Notes: generated by a model from the letters alone, not told the origin. Shown: positions 11,401 to 23,874, counted from the first letter of the stretch. The stretch is 46,329 bases of DNA from Folioceros fuciformis (GCA_049999805.1 JBNGIO010004611.1:62001-108329); one strand, 5' to 3'. Made by a program: numbers and translations.

Positions 11401-12666
11401 GACGAGCCCGGCTGCAAGACCGTGGTGCTCCTGCTCAACGGTTACTCCATACCAAGCTTCCACCTGCCGACAGAGCCCCACGACCTGGTGCGCACTCTTT
11501 ATCAGGCGCAGTACGAGCCGTGGCAGCTCAACTTCCGCCTGGATCCCGCTCACCCCTCCAACTCCTTCACCCTGGACGACCTCGCGCAATACGACATCTC
11601 CGCAGGTACGCTCTGCGCCAAACCCATCAAGTGTGTTGATCATGGAGATTGAAGCCAATTCGGAGCTCACAGCAAATCGGAACATTGCGGGCAGCATTTG
11701 CCAGAATCCGAGAGGTGAAGGGGCGAGAATGCGCAGTCCACGTGGTGGCATTCTGTGCAGGAGGGCTGGCCATCCACATGGCTCTCCTGGGAGGTTACGT
11801 CCCCGCCTCCGAAGTGGCGTCCCTGGTGAGCATCAATTCCGCCATGTTCTTCACCGTCACTACGTCGGCACGGATCAAACTCCTGCTGCCTCTCATTCCG
11901 GTAAAAATCTGCGCCATTTCGCTAGCAACCTCACATCCAGCTCCGTCGTAAACTCATACCCTAACCCTGGCGTGCGCTTGCAAACTCGGTGCAGCTGGCC
12001 ATGGCAATCCTGGGGAACAACAGGGTGCTTTCCCTGAGTGACGACGGCAGCAGACGGCACAGCCTGTTGCGCGCCATCGCGCGCCTCATCCCGCGCTCCG
12101 AGCAGTGCAGCAGCGCGCAATGCAACGTCTTCTCCGGCATCTTCGGCACCGGTATGCGGCACGGCAAAGTGAGCAGGAGGATGCACGAGTGGCTATACCA
12201 GGTGGCGGTGCCGCGGCTGCCCATGGCGGGCTTCCCGCAGCTGCGCCACATCTGCCTGCAGCAGCGCGTGGTGGACGCGCACGGGCGCGATGTGTACATG
12301 GCGCACCCCGAGCGCATGGCGGTCCGGACAACATACCTTTCGGGCGAGAACCCTGTGCTGGTGACGCCCGAGACGTCCCGCCTCGCGCACCGGCTAATGG
12401 TCCAGCACCACCCCAACTTCCGCCACCGTCGCGTCCTACTGCGTGGCTACGGCCACGCTGACCTCCTGCTCGGAGAAGACGCTTACCAGGACGTGTTCCC
12501 CCACATCCTTTCGCACATTGCAGGACAGGCTCAAGACTCCCAATCGGATCCCATGCCATCTCCCGCCTGGGACGCGGACACGGGCTCGGTGCGAGCCATC
12601 ACATATTTCTGGCTCCTCGCAATTCTTGCTCCTCTACTCGCCTACATATATCGGCTATATGGCTAG
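8451..12666 (+). CDS. Cholesterol-oxidase-like GMC oxidoreductase fused to an alpha/beta-hydrolase, with a C-terminal hydrophobic tail; 7 exons, ~1201 aa
   Basis: Exons 8451-8744, 8862-9284, 9402-9794, 9883-10847, 10953-11605, 11695-11900, 11995-12666 join in frame at GT-AG introns. FAD motif VVVVGSGYG; GAGLGGGSLVNAG; CLACGNCVTGC; HPLGGC; GLYVCDGS..GVNP; hydrolase elbow VVAFCAGG and GYGHADLLLG. Confidence 0.9.
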
Positions 12667-12670
12667 CTGG

Positions 12671-12798
12671 AGGTGAGCGAATTGTACATTATTCCTATAC
12701 CACCCTTGTTTTTAAGGGTTCCAATCTATGTGTGCTTGTGCATGCTTTATACCGTATTATATCCTCATTCCCACCGGATCCATCAATTTATTCTAACA
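12671..12798 (+). repeat. Possible 3' (R/U5-like) part of the host Copia LTR
   Basis: Ends in TTCTAACA (12791-12798), the exact reverse complement of the LTR start TGTTAGAA at 7457; LTR-like composition. Confidence 0.4.
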
Positions 12799-14567
12799 AC
12801 AAAAGTCCTTCCACATTGAGAAATTATATGAATAAACTGCTAGAGTTGATTGCATTTTGCTGTCATTGCTAGTTGATGAGCATTAAAAGCCAATGGTCCT
12901 GCACCTCAACAAGAGGTGAATTCAAGAAGGAAGAAAAAGGAGAGGAGAGGACCCTGGAAGGAATAGAGGAATCGCATCGCCTACTGGTTTCTTGACAGCA
13001 AGCTTTTGAGTATAGAGGCTCTAGATTGGAATGACTGACACCTTCATTGATGTTCTAGAATTCACACCCTTAGTTAGCATAGCCAATGTGCTCCAACAAT
13101 GGATGGATCTCGATCCATTTTACAGTTGACAACTAAATCGTGCGCAAATGAAGCTTTGCTCTAACCCTAGTTTGAGTTGTGCTTGATTGGAGCCAACCAT
13201 TTGTGCTTACTTCTTGTGAGTTGTGGCCTTTGTGAGAAGCCAACTTCTACATGCAGAAAAACAATTCTGACCTTATACCGAAGCTTTTGTAAGAAGCTTG
13301 TACATGGAAAAGAGAAAGACAAAGGCGTAAGTTAGATGTAGGTATAGAAGCCAAAGGAAGCAGCACTCTGAAGAGAAGCCAAAGTAAGCAGCATTGTGAA
13401 GAGAAACCCCTTGAGGTAGCTAATCATACTATGATTTAAAATGAGAGGCAAGTTTGAAGGGTCTTCAACAAAACAAATTTGATGAAGGGGGTTGGATAAA
13501 AATTAATCCTGCAATATAATTAAGTTGTTATAAACTAGGGTTTAATTAAAAATTGAAAGAATTGCACCTGATGTGTACAGTTGCCATGTTTAAGAGGGTG
13601 CGAGGTTGATCATTCTTGTGCAGAATGCTCACCGAATGTTGGAATTTATGGACAGTTGGACAAAAAAAGAGAAAAAAAGAAAAAAAACAGGAAAAAAGAG
13701 AAAAAGTCACAGAAAAGACGGAGTCACGAGTGACATACAGTATACTGTACCCGATGGTCATGGTGTCAGGCAAGGCAAGTGTATAAAGATACCACATGTG
13801 GTTTGGTGTATGGCGTGCTAGGCTAGCACTGGCAGGGCTTGCATTCAATTGGCTTCCGGAGTTGGATCCGGTGCGAAGGGGTGTGCCGCTGTGGCGGGAT
13901 GTAGCAGCACGGGCAGCTCTTTGGTCGTGTGTTCTCTGTCTCCGTGCCGGGCCGGGTGGAGCGTAGTGGTTCCGTCCGTGTCCGATTGCGGCTCTGCGTC
14001 CGGGACCTCTCGGTGGCGCTAGGCGTTGAGCTTGTGCGGTCCTCCGTTCCCCGTGTCCCCTTGGGTTCGTCCTGCCTCGGTGGCCCCGAGCCTGCTTGTG
14101 CTCAAAATCTCCTGGCTTTGTGTGACTTGCAATCGTGGGCCGTGGTGTGTGTCCCGCTCGGTTTGGAAGGTGAGCGAGCTCTTTGGTGTACAGATTGGGT
14201 GGGTGGATGAGTGGGTGTTAAGGTTTGAGGTGTGTGTTGCATGCGGGGCAAAGTCAGGGATGAAAGTAGCTTGTGGACTGACGCATAGGCGGCTGATTTG
14301 GGGAGCTTCCAGCTGGGGCGGATCTGACTAGGCTGACGGAGGAAGGTGCGCTGGGAGGGTAATTTGGAACCCTGGCCGTGAGTGCCACAACCCTGCGGAA
14401 TTGCGGATGATTCGCGGGCTCTAGATTGCCGATGGGGGGCGTTCAAGGTCGTGGTTGTGGTCATCCATGGTGGCACACCTGAATACTGAGGCGGGGGTAG
14501 AAGAAGGAGAAGGAGAAGGAGTAGAAGTAGAAGTAGCGGTAGAGTTGGGAGCGCCGAATCAAGCAGT

Positions 14568-15941
14568 ATGAATTGCTGTGTCAGCAATGGGAATCATGAC
14601 CAGGCGAAGGAGGGGAACGGCGTGGCCCCCGTGACCAGTTTGTCCGTCCGTGGTCGGAGGGCTATTAGCCCGTTTTCCCCATACATCCAGAAGGCTACCG
14701 AGTCCAAGACGAACTTGTGGTCTCCTGAGAATGTGGACGGCTTCTTCAACATGGCGACAGCCGAGAGTGTGCTGTCCTTCGACCTCATTCACAGCAAGAT
14801 AAAGTCTTGCAGGGAGGTGCCGGCCACGGTAGGGCTTTATGCTAACTTTCAGGGAGGGCAGAGGCTTCGGCAAGCCATTGCAAAGATGATGGAGAGGACG
14901 TTTATGGGGGTGGCGGTCGATCCCGCCCATATTTGCATTTCCAGCGGTGTCACCGCTGTTTTGGATCTCTTCTTTTTCGGAACCTGTGATGTGGGAGATG
15001 CGTGTCTGATTCCCGCTCCCTACTTCCCTGCCTTCGACAATGACATGAACATCAGGAACCAGGTGAAGCCCATTCCCATCCAACCTGCTGACACATACAC
15101 CTACATCCCAACCGCTAAGGAGATGGAGGCAGCGGTTGCGGAGGCAGAGAAGAAAGGGGTGCCATCCAGAGTGCTCTTGGTGACCAACCCCGGGAATCCT
15201 CTCGGCACTCTCTACCCTGAGGCTACGTTGAAGGAACTGCTAATCTGGGCTGTCAGAAGGGGTCTGCATGTGTTGTCTGATGAGATTTATGCTAATTCTA
15301 AGTTTGGGGCTTCAGATGAGGAGTTTGTGAGCATGGAGAAGGTGGCCAGTAACGCCATTGCTGAGGGTCTGTTGCCAGCGGACCTAGTGGCAGAAAGAGT
15401 CCACACAGCTTATGGGATGAGCAAAGACTTTGGGATGAACGGATTCCGTGTCGGATGTCTTCACACCAAGAACAAGGATCTGCTCAAGTTCTGGCAGAAC
15501 ATGGGTATGTTCTCTGCCGTCTCCAATGACACCCAGCATGCCCTAGCCGTCATGTTGGAGGATGACGCCTTTGTAGACTCGTATGTGGCGGAAAACAACA
15601 AGCGTTTGAAGCACTCATACGAGGTACTGACCGCAGCATTGGAGGCTGCCAGCCTCAAGTACATGCCAGCGTGTGCTGCTATGTTCTGCTGGTTGGACCT
15701 CAGGAGTTTCCTGAGAGAACCTACCTTTGAGGCAGAGTTTCAGCTGTGGGAGGAGGTTCACAAGGAACAGAAGGTGGTTCTCACTCCTGGAGAAGCTTGC
15801 CACTATGCCGAGCCGGGCTTTTTCCGACTTTGCTATGCGTCCATGCCTCCGGACCACCTCAAAGTGGCGTGTTCACGACTAGCTGCATTTGTGGAGAAGA
15901 GGAGGAGGAAACGGAAGGCTGTTTCCAGCATAGACTTGTAG
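14568..15941 (+). CDS. ACC-synthase-like PLP-dependent class I/II aminotransferase-fold enzyme, intronless, 457 aa
   Basis: Uninterrupted ORF with MATAES, IPAPYFPAFD, TNPGNPLG, SDEIYA, PLP-lysine box GMSKDFGMNGFRVG, and EPGFFRLCYA. Confidence 0.9.
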   Translation: MNCCVSNGNHDQAKEGNGVAPVTSLSVRGRRAISPFSPYIQKATESKTNLWSPENVDGFFNMATAESVLSFDLIHSKIKSCREVPATVGLYANFQGGQRLRQAIAKMMERTFMGVAVDPAHICISSGVTAVLDLFFFGTCDVGDACLIPAPYFPAFDNDMNIRNQVKPIPIQPADTYTYIPTAKEMEAAVAEAEKKGVPSRVLLVTNPGNPLGTLYPEATLKELLIWAVRRGLHVLSDEIYANSKFGASDEEFVSMEKVASNAIAEGLLPADLVAERVHTAYGMSKDFGMNGFRVGCLHTKNKDLLKFWQNMGMFSAVSNDTQHALAVMLEDDAFVDSYVAENNKRLKHSYEVLTAALEAASLKYMPACAAMFCWLDLRSFLREPTFEAEFQLWEEVHKEQKVVLTPGEACHYAEPGFFRLCYASMPPDHLKVACSRLAAFVEKRRRKRKAVSSIDL

Positions 15942-16592
15942 TTCCCTGCGTAATTCAATTCAATCAGTCCCTAGCATGTTGTCTGAGGAAAAAAATGCAA
16001 CTATGTGCATGTTTTGTGTGAGAGCTGCTTTTGAGGAACTACATGGACTGATAACATTCCTAACGAGACTTTTGGATAGAGAATATTTTGTTTCTTTGTT
16101 TGTTTGTGGTACAAACGTCCATCCATGATTATTGCCTGATTTCTCATCTGAAAAATAGACAGAGAGCGTCCCATCCTAGAAGATAGTACCGTGACCCTTT
16201 TACATTCTAGTACAACTGCACCACAACGATGTTGTGCTGACCTCATCATGGCGGCCCGCACGATGTCCAGGTTGAAAAACACCTGCATATGGGTTCGATC
16301 TTCGTCGATACCAAAGTTCAAGAGATTCTGGCATTGTGGTACCACAACCGTACAAGTCATCACTAACAAACCATCAGAGTAACTCGGAGAACTTTCAACT
16401 CAAAAATTTCGGATAATGACATGCAATTCCGGCAATCCTACTTATCTGCGTAATCAACTACATATAGGCATCTGCAACAACCGCTTGTTCTCGGACATTA
16501 ACTGCCAATGTCACAATCTAGCCAACTGAAGCAATTAAGGAGTTCATTGTTGGACTCGATGTCACGTGCCTCCATTTCCCCTCTTCAAAAAT

Positions 16593-19500
16593 TTACTTGC
16601 TCTCAGGAAACTTCGTCTCATAAGTTTGACTCGTCTGCAGGGCCAGCGGACGGATGAGAAGACAAGATCACAAGCACACACTATCAAAGCCACAGATGAA
16701 TGACAGATGGACTCACGTACCATAAATGTTGCGGTTATCATATTCCCGGCAAACCACCGAGTGTGCAGCGAACCTTGGGCAGAAACCGCTGCAGCCGTAG
16801 AATCGAATCGCAGGTACACATGGCCTGGACTATTCCTGCACTCAGAGAACACTCAAACCAGCAAAAACGCATCAATACCCCGGACAAAAAATATACACAG
16901 ATGATACTGCCCAACGCGTGCAACCTAGGGGTAGTTAGTCAGCCAGCCAACGTTTTAGTGCATCAGATCTTAGCTAACACACGCCATGATCCTAAATCCT
17001 TCCCTACTAAATCGCTTACTCCAGGGTTTTGGACACGTCATGGTACACTTCAGACGAACATTAGGCAGACGAAATGGCAGGCAAAGATGTGAATCAAACG
17101 GTTGATTCACCTGGAATACATGACCTGCAAGGGGTGCCCTCTGCACATTCACAAGACGATCTGTGAACAGGGGACGGTGGTAGGGATTTCAAACCAAAAT
17201 ACCAAGCCCCTCTGGGAGGTGTACAGCATACTCAGGAAGCAGCTGTAATCAAGAAAATGACTTCTGCTTCTAGTTAACATCCCACTAGACACTTTCGGCA
17301 AGCCTGAAGACGCAAAGCAGGGGCAGATGGGTTCTACCATTGTGTCTACAGTCTCAGATGCACAGGCTTAGATTCATGACAAAATGTCGGTGTCAAAGAC
17401 ATTTTGAGACATGATGCCATATCACAGCAGCAAACGCATCTGCAACAGGCTAGGCTTGCACAACAATCCAGGGTTCCACGGTTAGAAACACAAGGCTATG
17501 TCGAAGGGCGCAATTTTGTGGTCGTGTTGAGCATGATGAACACTCTTCAGCTAGACATCCAGAGTCCCTGGAATAGTCCAATCATGTGTTTTGATTAGCA
17601 TGCCTTAAGAATGACTACGATGGATATCCTACTCTCTTCACCCAATGCATGTACGTCCTAGAGATCAAGGGAGGCATTCGGTGTGAACAGAGCCCCTGCT
17701 CCACTTACTTATCAACGTGAATGTGCTTGACAACTCCAAACTTTGAACATTCCTCTTGGACATCCTCCTTGATATCAACATCAAAATCTGCTTCCGTCTG
17801 AAACAATGTGACATAGGTGAGTGGCAACACAAATGGATAATAAAGAGAGGCAACGTGACTGAGGAAAAGTACACAAATAATTTACCTCCGTCTGTGGATC
17901 AAACATGTTTTTCAACAGCAGAAACTCGCTGGGGGTCCCGATAGGTTCTGCAATAGGAGGTGCAAGACCGACTGCTGCAATCCCTGGGCTCTGAACACCT
18001 GAGAGACCTATCCCTGCAAGTGCGGACTGCCCTAGCAACGGCACCAAGGGTGTAACGACAGGAGAGACAGCTGCAAGACCGACTGACGTGCCCAACAGAC
18101 CCAGAGCGGGAGTTGCTACTGCATTAACGACTCCAGCAGCCCTGCAACAAATTTCACTCGTTGATACAGCACTGTCATGTACCAAATGCAGAAACTTCTG
18201 AACACAGTGGGGGCAAAGCAGGATACCCTGTGGCCGTTCCACTCCGGTCTAATTTCTGCATCAGGAGTGCTCTTGACCTCGCATTTAGTGACTGCAAACA
18301 AGTGACGGTAGGTGAACAGAGTCATGGTTTCCAACAATTGAATGACAGAAACCATGAGAACAAGCCATATACCAGGCCACCTCCTTCGTCATCATCCAGC
18401 TCTCCAGGGTTCACACCCATGTCCTGCATGCCGATCTGGTCGGAAACAGCTGAAACCTGCGGAGCACACAGCAGCTCTTTCAGGACCAACCATCTTTCAA
18501 GCCCGTGGATTGCCCACACCGTTAACAGAGGTCTTGGACCTTAATTGGACGTCCTGCCAGCTCCAATACACCATTGAGATGTTGTTGTGCTGCACGGGCA
18601 TCTTCAAGTCGGGCGTACTGGGAGCACATTCACAAAAGGGAAAAAACATGAGGTGAGTGTAGGAACTGAGCTGCACAGACTTCACAACAATAACACCCCA
18701 TCAGAGGAGACTTACTTGGACGAAACCAAACCCTTTACATTGTCCTGTTTCTGGATCTGTGGGCAGCTGGACAAGCTCCACCGGGCCAAAAGGTTCAAAC
18801 ACCTAGATCACAGCAAGGTGAAACACTTTAGCACATTCCTTCCGACACAAAATGAAGGCAAATATGCGAAGAACACTACCAGATGCATGGCATCAATTCC
18901 TGGCATTCCGTTCAGCAATAGACAAAAAATATATCTTCCGTCTAGTCAGTGTAGTGTAGTGACAAATTCAACTCTCTGCACAGGGGCATGTGAAAGGTGT
19001 ATCCGCACCTGTCGCAACTGATCTTCATTCATATTGAAATGTAGATTCCCGACATACAGACGCCTGGCGCCACCAGAGTAGGGCCCAATGTAGTTAGCAC
19101 CTCCGGCAACTGCAGTTGTCGAAGGCACAAGATTCTTTTCTGCTTCTGAAGGCTTAACCATTACTGGTTGTCCGAGAAGAAGCTGACCAGAAAGAGCAAT
19201 TGCCATTGGCACAGACATGGCATCATAGAACTCAATATACCTGTGAAGAAGTCATACCACTATGAGCTGACGCCCTTCTTACAGCAGCATGTTCTGACAG
19301 CGCCAACACAGTGTCCTGAGACAGGCTCATACAGGTTGAACTAGAGCTATAGAGCTTACCCAACACCTTTCGAACGCCGAGAGTTGCGATCCATTATTAA
19401 ACGAACATCCCGAACCTGGGGCAAATGACAACCATCCTTCAGAAGAAGGCAGATTATACACAAATCAAAGAAGCTGTCCATGGGTATTATGCACATGTAG

Positions 19501-21172
19501 GAAGGGATGAAGTGACGGGCCCAACAGACATCACCTTTCCGGCTCTGGAGAAGAACTCATATACGTCCCTTTCGTCTGCCTTCAAACATATCTACAGAAA
19601 CAAAGACCATGAACAATGATTATTCTTGAAAGGCCCAGTTTGAGTGGTGGGTGCAACAAGACACGGGCCAACCTCCCATCAACTCGCTACAGACACTCTA
19701 AGCGTTCATCCAGTCCTCAGGACTGGAATCATCCTCTTCATGAGGCAGAAGAGGGAGACACGAAATGCAGATGGTACACCAAACAAAATGTCTTATTAAA
19801 AGAACTGCCACATCTAACGACATCCCCAGAAACTGTGGGGTCCATTGGTCTGAGAAACTGCTGTCATGACAAACCAGTTAGCAAGTTGCTTATAACAGCA
19901 AGAGATAGAAGCTTACACTGCAGAAGAACAGCTAACTTTTCTGACCAATTAGTAAAACCTGCATAAACCAAGATTACCCCCACCCCCCAATCCGATGTGC
20001 CTAACAAATAATCTCCTGGCGCTTAAGACCTTAAGTTCAACTCAAAGTGACCAGGAGCGTATTATAATCCAAAACCACATCAACCGAGTCCTGCATATTT
20101 GGAGTAAATGCAACTACGATCAGTTCCTGTGAGCTTCAGGATCGCCTCGGTGATTGGATAGACACGGGACATCGTGACTCTTTGACAGATCCATCGACAA
20201 TGTCCATCATAAGTGAGAGCAGCTATACCTGATATGCGAAAACTGTGCGCTGGTCACGCTCGGGGTCAGCCTCAGGTTCAGTTGCAGCAGCCTCCTCCTT
20301 TCTGTCCTTGCCCTCCCTAGATCGTCTGCAAATAACCCAAGGTTTGACAACAATAAGGAACAGACACCAAGCGGCCTGAGGCAAAAATTTCCCTGACTTA
20401 AGAGGCTCATAAGTGAACAGAAACAAAACGACGCACACACTCACCTGTACTCCCTCTCACGATCTCTTTCTCTATCCCTTTCACGATCCCTTTCACGGTG
20501 TGTTTCCCTTTCCTTTTCCCTCTCCTTCTCTTTGTGGGCTTCTTTCTCCCGCAGTTCCCTATCCTTCTCTTTATCCTTCTCCTTCTCCTTCTCCTTCTCA
20601 CGGTCACGGTCCTTATCGCGGTGACGCTCTCCATCTCTTCCACTCCTTCCGCCTCTATCCCGCTCTCTATCTCTTTCCCCTCTATCTTTCTCGCGCGGCC
20701 TGTCTCGGTCCTTCTCAGATCTTTCTCGTTCTTTCTCTCGCTCCCTGTCTCGGTCCTTGTCCCCTCGTTCACCACGCTCTCTGTCTTTCTCCATCCGTTC
20801 TCCTCTATCACGGTCTCTCTCCCTGTCAACCCTTTCCCGATCCTTCTCACCTCCCCGATCCCTGGACCGGTGTTCCGGTGACCTATGCCCTGGACCCTTC
20901 CGGGCCCTCTCTCGGTCGCTACGATCTCTATCCCCTCGTTCCCTATCTCCTCGTTCTCTCTCGCCCCGATCCCTTTCATCTTCCTCTGGCCGGGTCCTTT
21001 TGCTTCTATGATCATGCGCATGACCATCATCATCATTCCTCCTCTTTGAACTCCGGGATCGATCTCTCCCATTCATTTCTCTGTCGTCTGGACGCCCATC
21101 TCCATTCGATTCCTTGAGTCCTTCAGGGTTCTCTACAGTCTTCTCCAAGTACTCATACTCATCGAAATCCAT
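16593..21172 (-). CDS. RBM39: RBM39/CAPER (CC1-like) splicing factor; 13 exons, ~661 aa
   Basis: MDFDEYEYLEK start, RD/RE-rich domain, PERDQRTVF, two RRMs and a C-terminal UHM (LLLKNMFDP, RWFAG). Exons 21172-20445, 20325-20229, 19591-19535, 19415-19360, 19240-19009, 18802-18716, 18617-18540, 18456-18373, 18291-18227, 18141-17886, 17797-17709, 16835-16721, 16634-16593 join in frame. Confidence 0.93.
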
Positions 21173-21849
21173 CTTCTGTCCGAAGAGCGCAAAGGCCCGA
21201 AATTTTGAAAAAAAAAAACCGGTTACGGCCCGCCTTCGCTTCGTCGGAAGCTGCTGTGCCTCAAATTCGAGAACGCACTTTCCAAAAAAGAACGAGCTTC
21301 AGCGCGTGAGGTAAACAAATTCATCGTGCCTAACAAGCAGCGCTCCCATGACTGCAAATTGGAAACAGAGGTAAGGGGTCATTGGTTATAGGAACGGGTG
21401 TATACCACAAGAAAGTACTTCAAGGAAGGAGACAATGAGTTCCCGCACATAGTACTTGCCAACACAGTCACCAACATCCCATAACCGATGCAACCAGCCA
21501 GCAGGATTTCCCCAGACTACCAAACACCTGTGCAGCTGGAGGGCCAACGAAAGGTAGCCCTGTCCAGAGAAAAAAAAAACCTGAACAAGGATTCCCCATA
21601 TGACCAAGATCGGCGCGTCTCTGAAACGGGAAAACATGAGGGAGGATTGCGCTAACCTGGAAATGGCGCACTCAGCCTGCAACAAGACGTCACAGCCGAG
21701 CACAAATTTTAATTTGAGACGCAACCACCAAAGGCAAACGACGGCGCCACCTGCAGTTGGTTCATCAGGAGTGTTGACGACAAAGCCTTCCGCGCCGCGA
21801 ACCCTGAGTGCTCTGGCGCATGCCGGGAGGGAGAGATTATCGAGTTGCC

Positions 21850-21858
21850 AAACCCTAA
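21850..21858 (+). promoter_or_regulatory. Telo-box AAACCCTAA in the RBM39/YIF1 divergent intergenic region
   Basis: Exact motif between head-to-head housekeeping genes; function inferred only. Confidence 0.45.
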
Positions 21859-22269
21859 AGTATTCTTTCTCCCGTCACCGTGTACTCTGTGTATCTAAAT
21901 ACGATTTTGGAGTGCTATGTAGACATATTAGAATACTAAAGCTTGCGAATGTGAAAAGGGTTTATTGTTTTTTTCGCTTTTCTGGTGTCTCTCCGGGCAC
22001 CCTTCCGATCTTGTGCCCAGTGTGCCTTGACTGGGTCGCTTTCCATGCGGCGACAAGTGTTGCGGACGGTAGTTGCCGCGGAGAGAAACGGGCTGTTCTG
22101 AATCGTAGGGGGTGGATTTGTGTGGTGAACTTCTCTGCAACAGGAAGTAGCGGTAGAATTGGCGAGTTCTAATTCCTTGGAGCTGAGGGAGCCGTAAATT
22201 CCAGCTGGAACGGCCGCGAGTTGAGCTTAAACGACTGAGTGTTCTTGATCCTCGGATATCCTGGCCAAC

Positions 22270-23523
22270 ATGGTAAGATGTTATTCCGTTGACTGTGCCC
22301 TTCTCAAGTCTCCATTGATTGTCAGCAGACGTCCTCGATGGTTCTTCTGAACTGGATTACGTGCTTGGGTTTGCCTCAGAGACAATCTGCATATGACGAC
22401 TTTGGTTCGCAACCAGGGCTTCAACGACCGGCAGAGTTGAATCCTGCTTCTCTGGATGCTCTTTACGGGGCAGGATCCGGCTTTATCCGAGGCGGCCTGG
22501 GCGCGTATGGAGAAAGAATTCTAGGATCTGGCAGGGAATATGTGCAAAGCAATGTGGGTTAGCCAATGAATGAATGCCCTAATGTTTTGTGTTGCTGCTT
22601 TGGGCTGATGCATCAAAAATTGGCCAGCATTTTCGATCCACTTGATCTTTTTTGTTTGTGCTCTTGCAGATGAGCAGATATTTTTCCGGTCATAATGTGC
22701 AATACTATTTCCAAGTCAACGATCTCTACGTGAAGAACAAGCTGAAAGTAGTTCTGTTTCCATTTCTGCACAAGGTAAGAGCATGCCTGGAAATTACAGC
22801 TTGCTTGCCTTGGGAATTTTGTTCATCTGCGAGCTTCGGAATCCTTGCTGCTTGAATTGGTTGCTGGGATGGACTTGCTTTTATGCAGGGACACTGGACT
22901 AGGATTGCAGAACAGGTTGTTGGAGGCGGTTTGAAGTACACACCTCCCCATTACGACATCAATGCCCCAGATTTGTACATTCCTCTCATGGCATTCGGCA
23001 CTTACATTGTACTTCGTGGAATTTGGATGGGGCTCACCGACAGGTATGTTGGCTTTGACTGAATGGTATTCCGTATCTTGAGAGGTCCTTATAGCCTCAA
23101 GGTTTCTGCTAGGAGTGTACTGACTGACTGATCCCTCTTCGCAACAGGTTCAGTCCGGAAGTTTTGAGCGAAGCCTTTACCAAGGCGCTGCTCGCCTGGT
23201 TTGTTCAATGGGTCCTTTTAAAAATGTCTTTGGTGGCACTGGGCGGATCTGAGGCTCCTATTCTCGACTTGGCAGCATATGGTGGCTATTTTTTCGTTGG
23301 GGTATCCCTCTCCGTTTTGGGTCGAATTTTGTGGTGGCCCTCCTACTACTTAATACTGATCTGGACCAGTTTTTGTATGGGAGTGTTCTTAGTCAAGACC
23401 ATGAAGAGGATTTTGTTCGCGGAGGCTAGAAGTTATGACAGAGATTCCAGCAGGCACCATTATCTTTTACTGTCGCTGGCTGTGGCGCAGTTCCCACTGT
23501 GTCTGTGGTTGGGGCTTGTGTAG
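22270..23523 (+). CDS. YIF1: YIF1/HRF1-family ER-Golgi membrane protein; 5 coding exons, ~270 aa
   Basis: Exons 22270-22272 (ATG only), 22380-22553, 22670-22774, 22889-23043, 23148-23523. Motifs [23 protein letters not shown] and [17 protein letters not shown]; multiple TM segments. Confidence 0.92.
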
Positions 23524-23874
23524 CTCATTAGCTTGATTTTGCAGCCTGATTCGGGTCGGCCCCGAGAGCAATGAAGTGGATCTACATCACGCAGGTCTCA
23601 CAAAACTTCGGCATTGCGTCCTGGCTGTTCTGAATCTATGACACTTTTGAAGGTTTTGAGACTAGAGTTGTAAATGTTTTTGACGTTGGCGGGTGACTAC
23701 TTCCTCCGTGATGAAGTTTGTTAGAACCAAAATTTTGTTGCCAAACCTGTAAAACGCAACATGTAAATCGCATCATGTAGAAGCTGCTCCATTGGTTGGA
23801 ACAGCAGATCGACCTTTGGACAAACTTTACCAGATAATCTAGAGGCATATGCCAGGTACGGACTTTCGGAAGTT

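Noticed and set aside
8448-12559. Long antisense and alternate-frame ORFs over the GMC gene, and similar ones over RBM39, TOC64, TAF7 and DXO1
   Set aside because: Expected shadows of GC-rich or low-complexity coding sequence; no recognisable motifs.
12799-13560. Possible further TE remnant
   Set aside because: No termini, TSD or coding motif that I could support.
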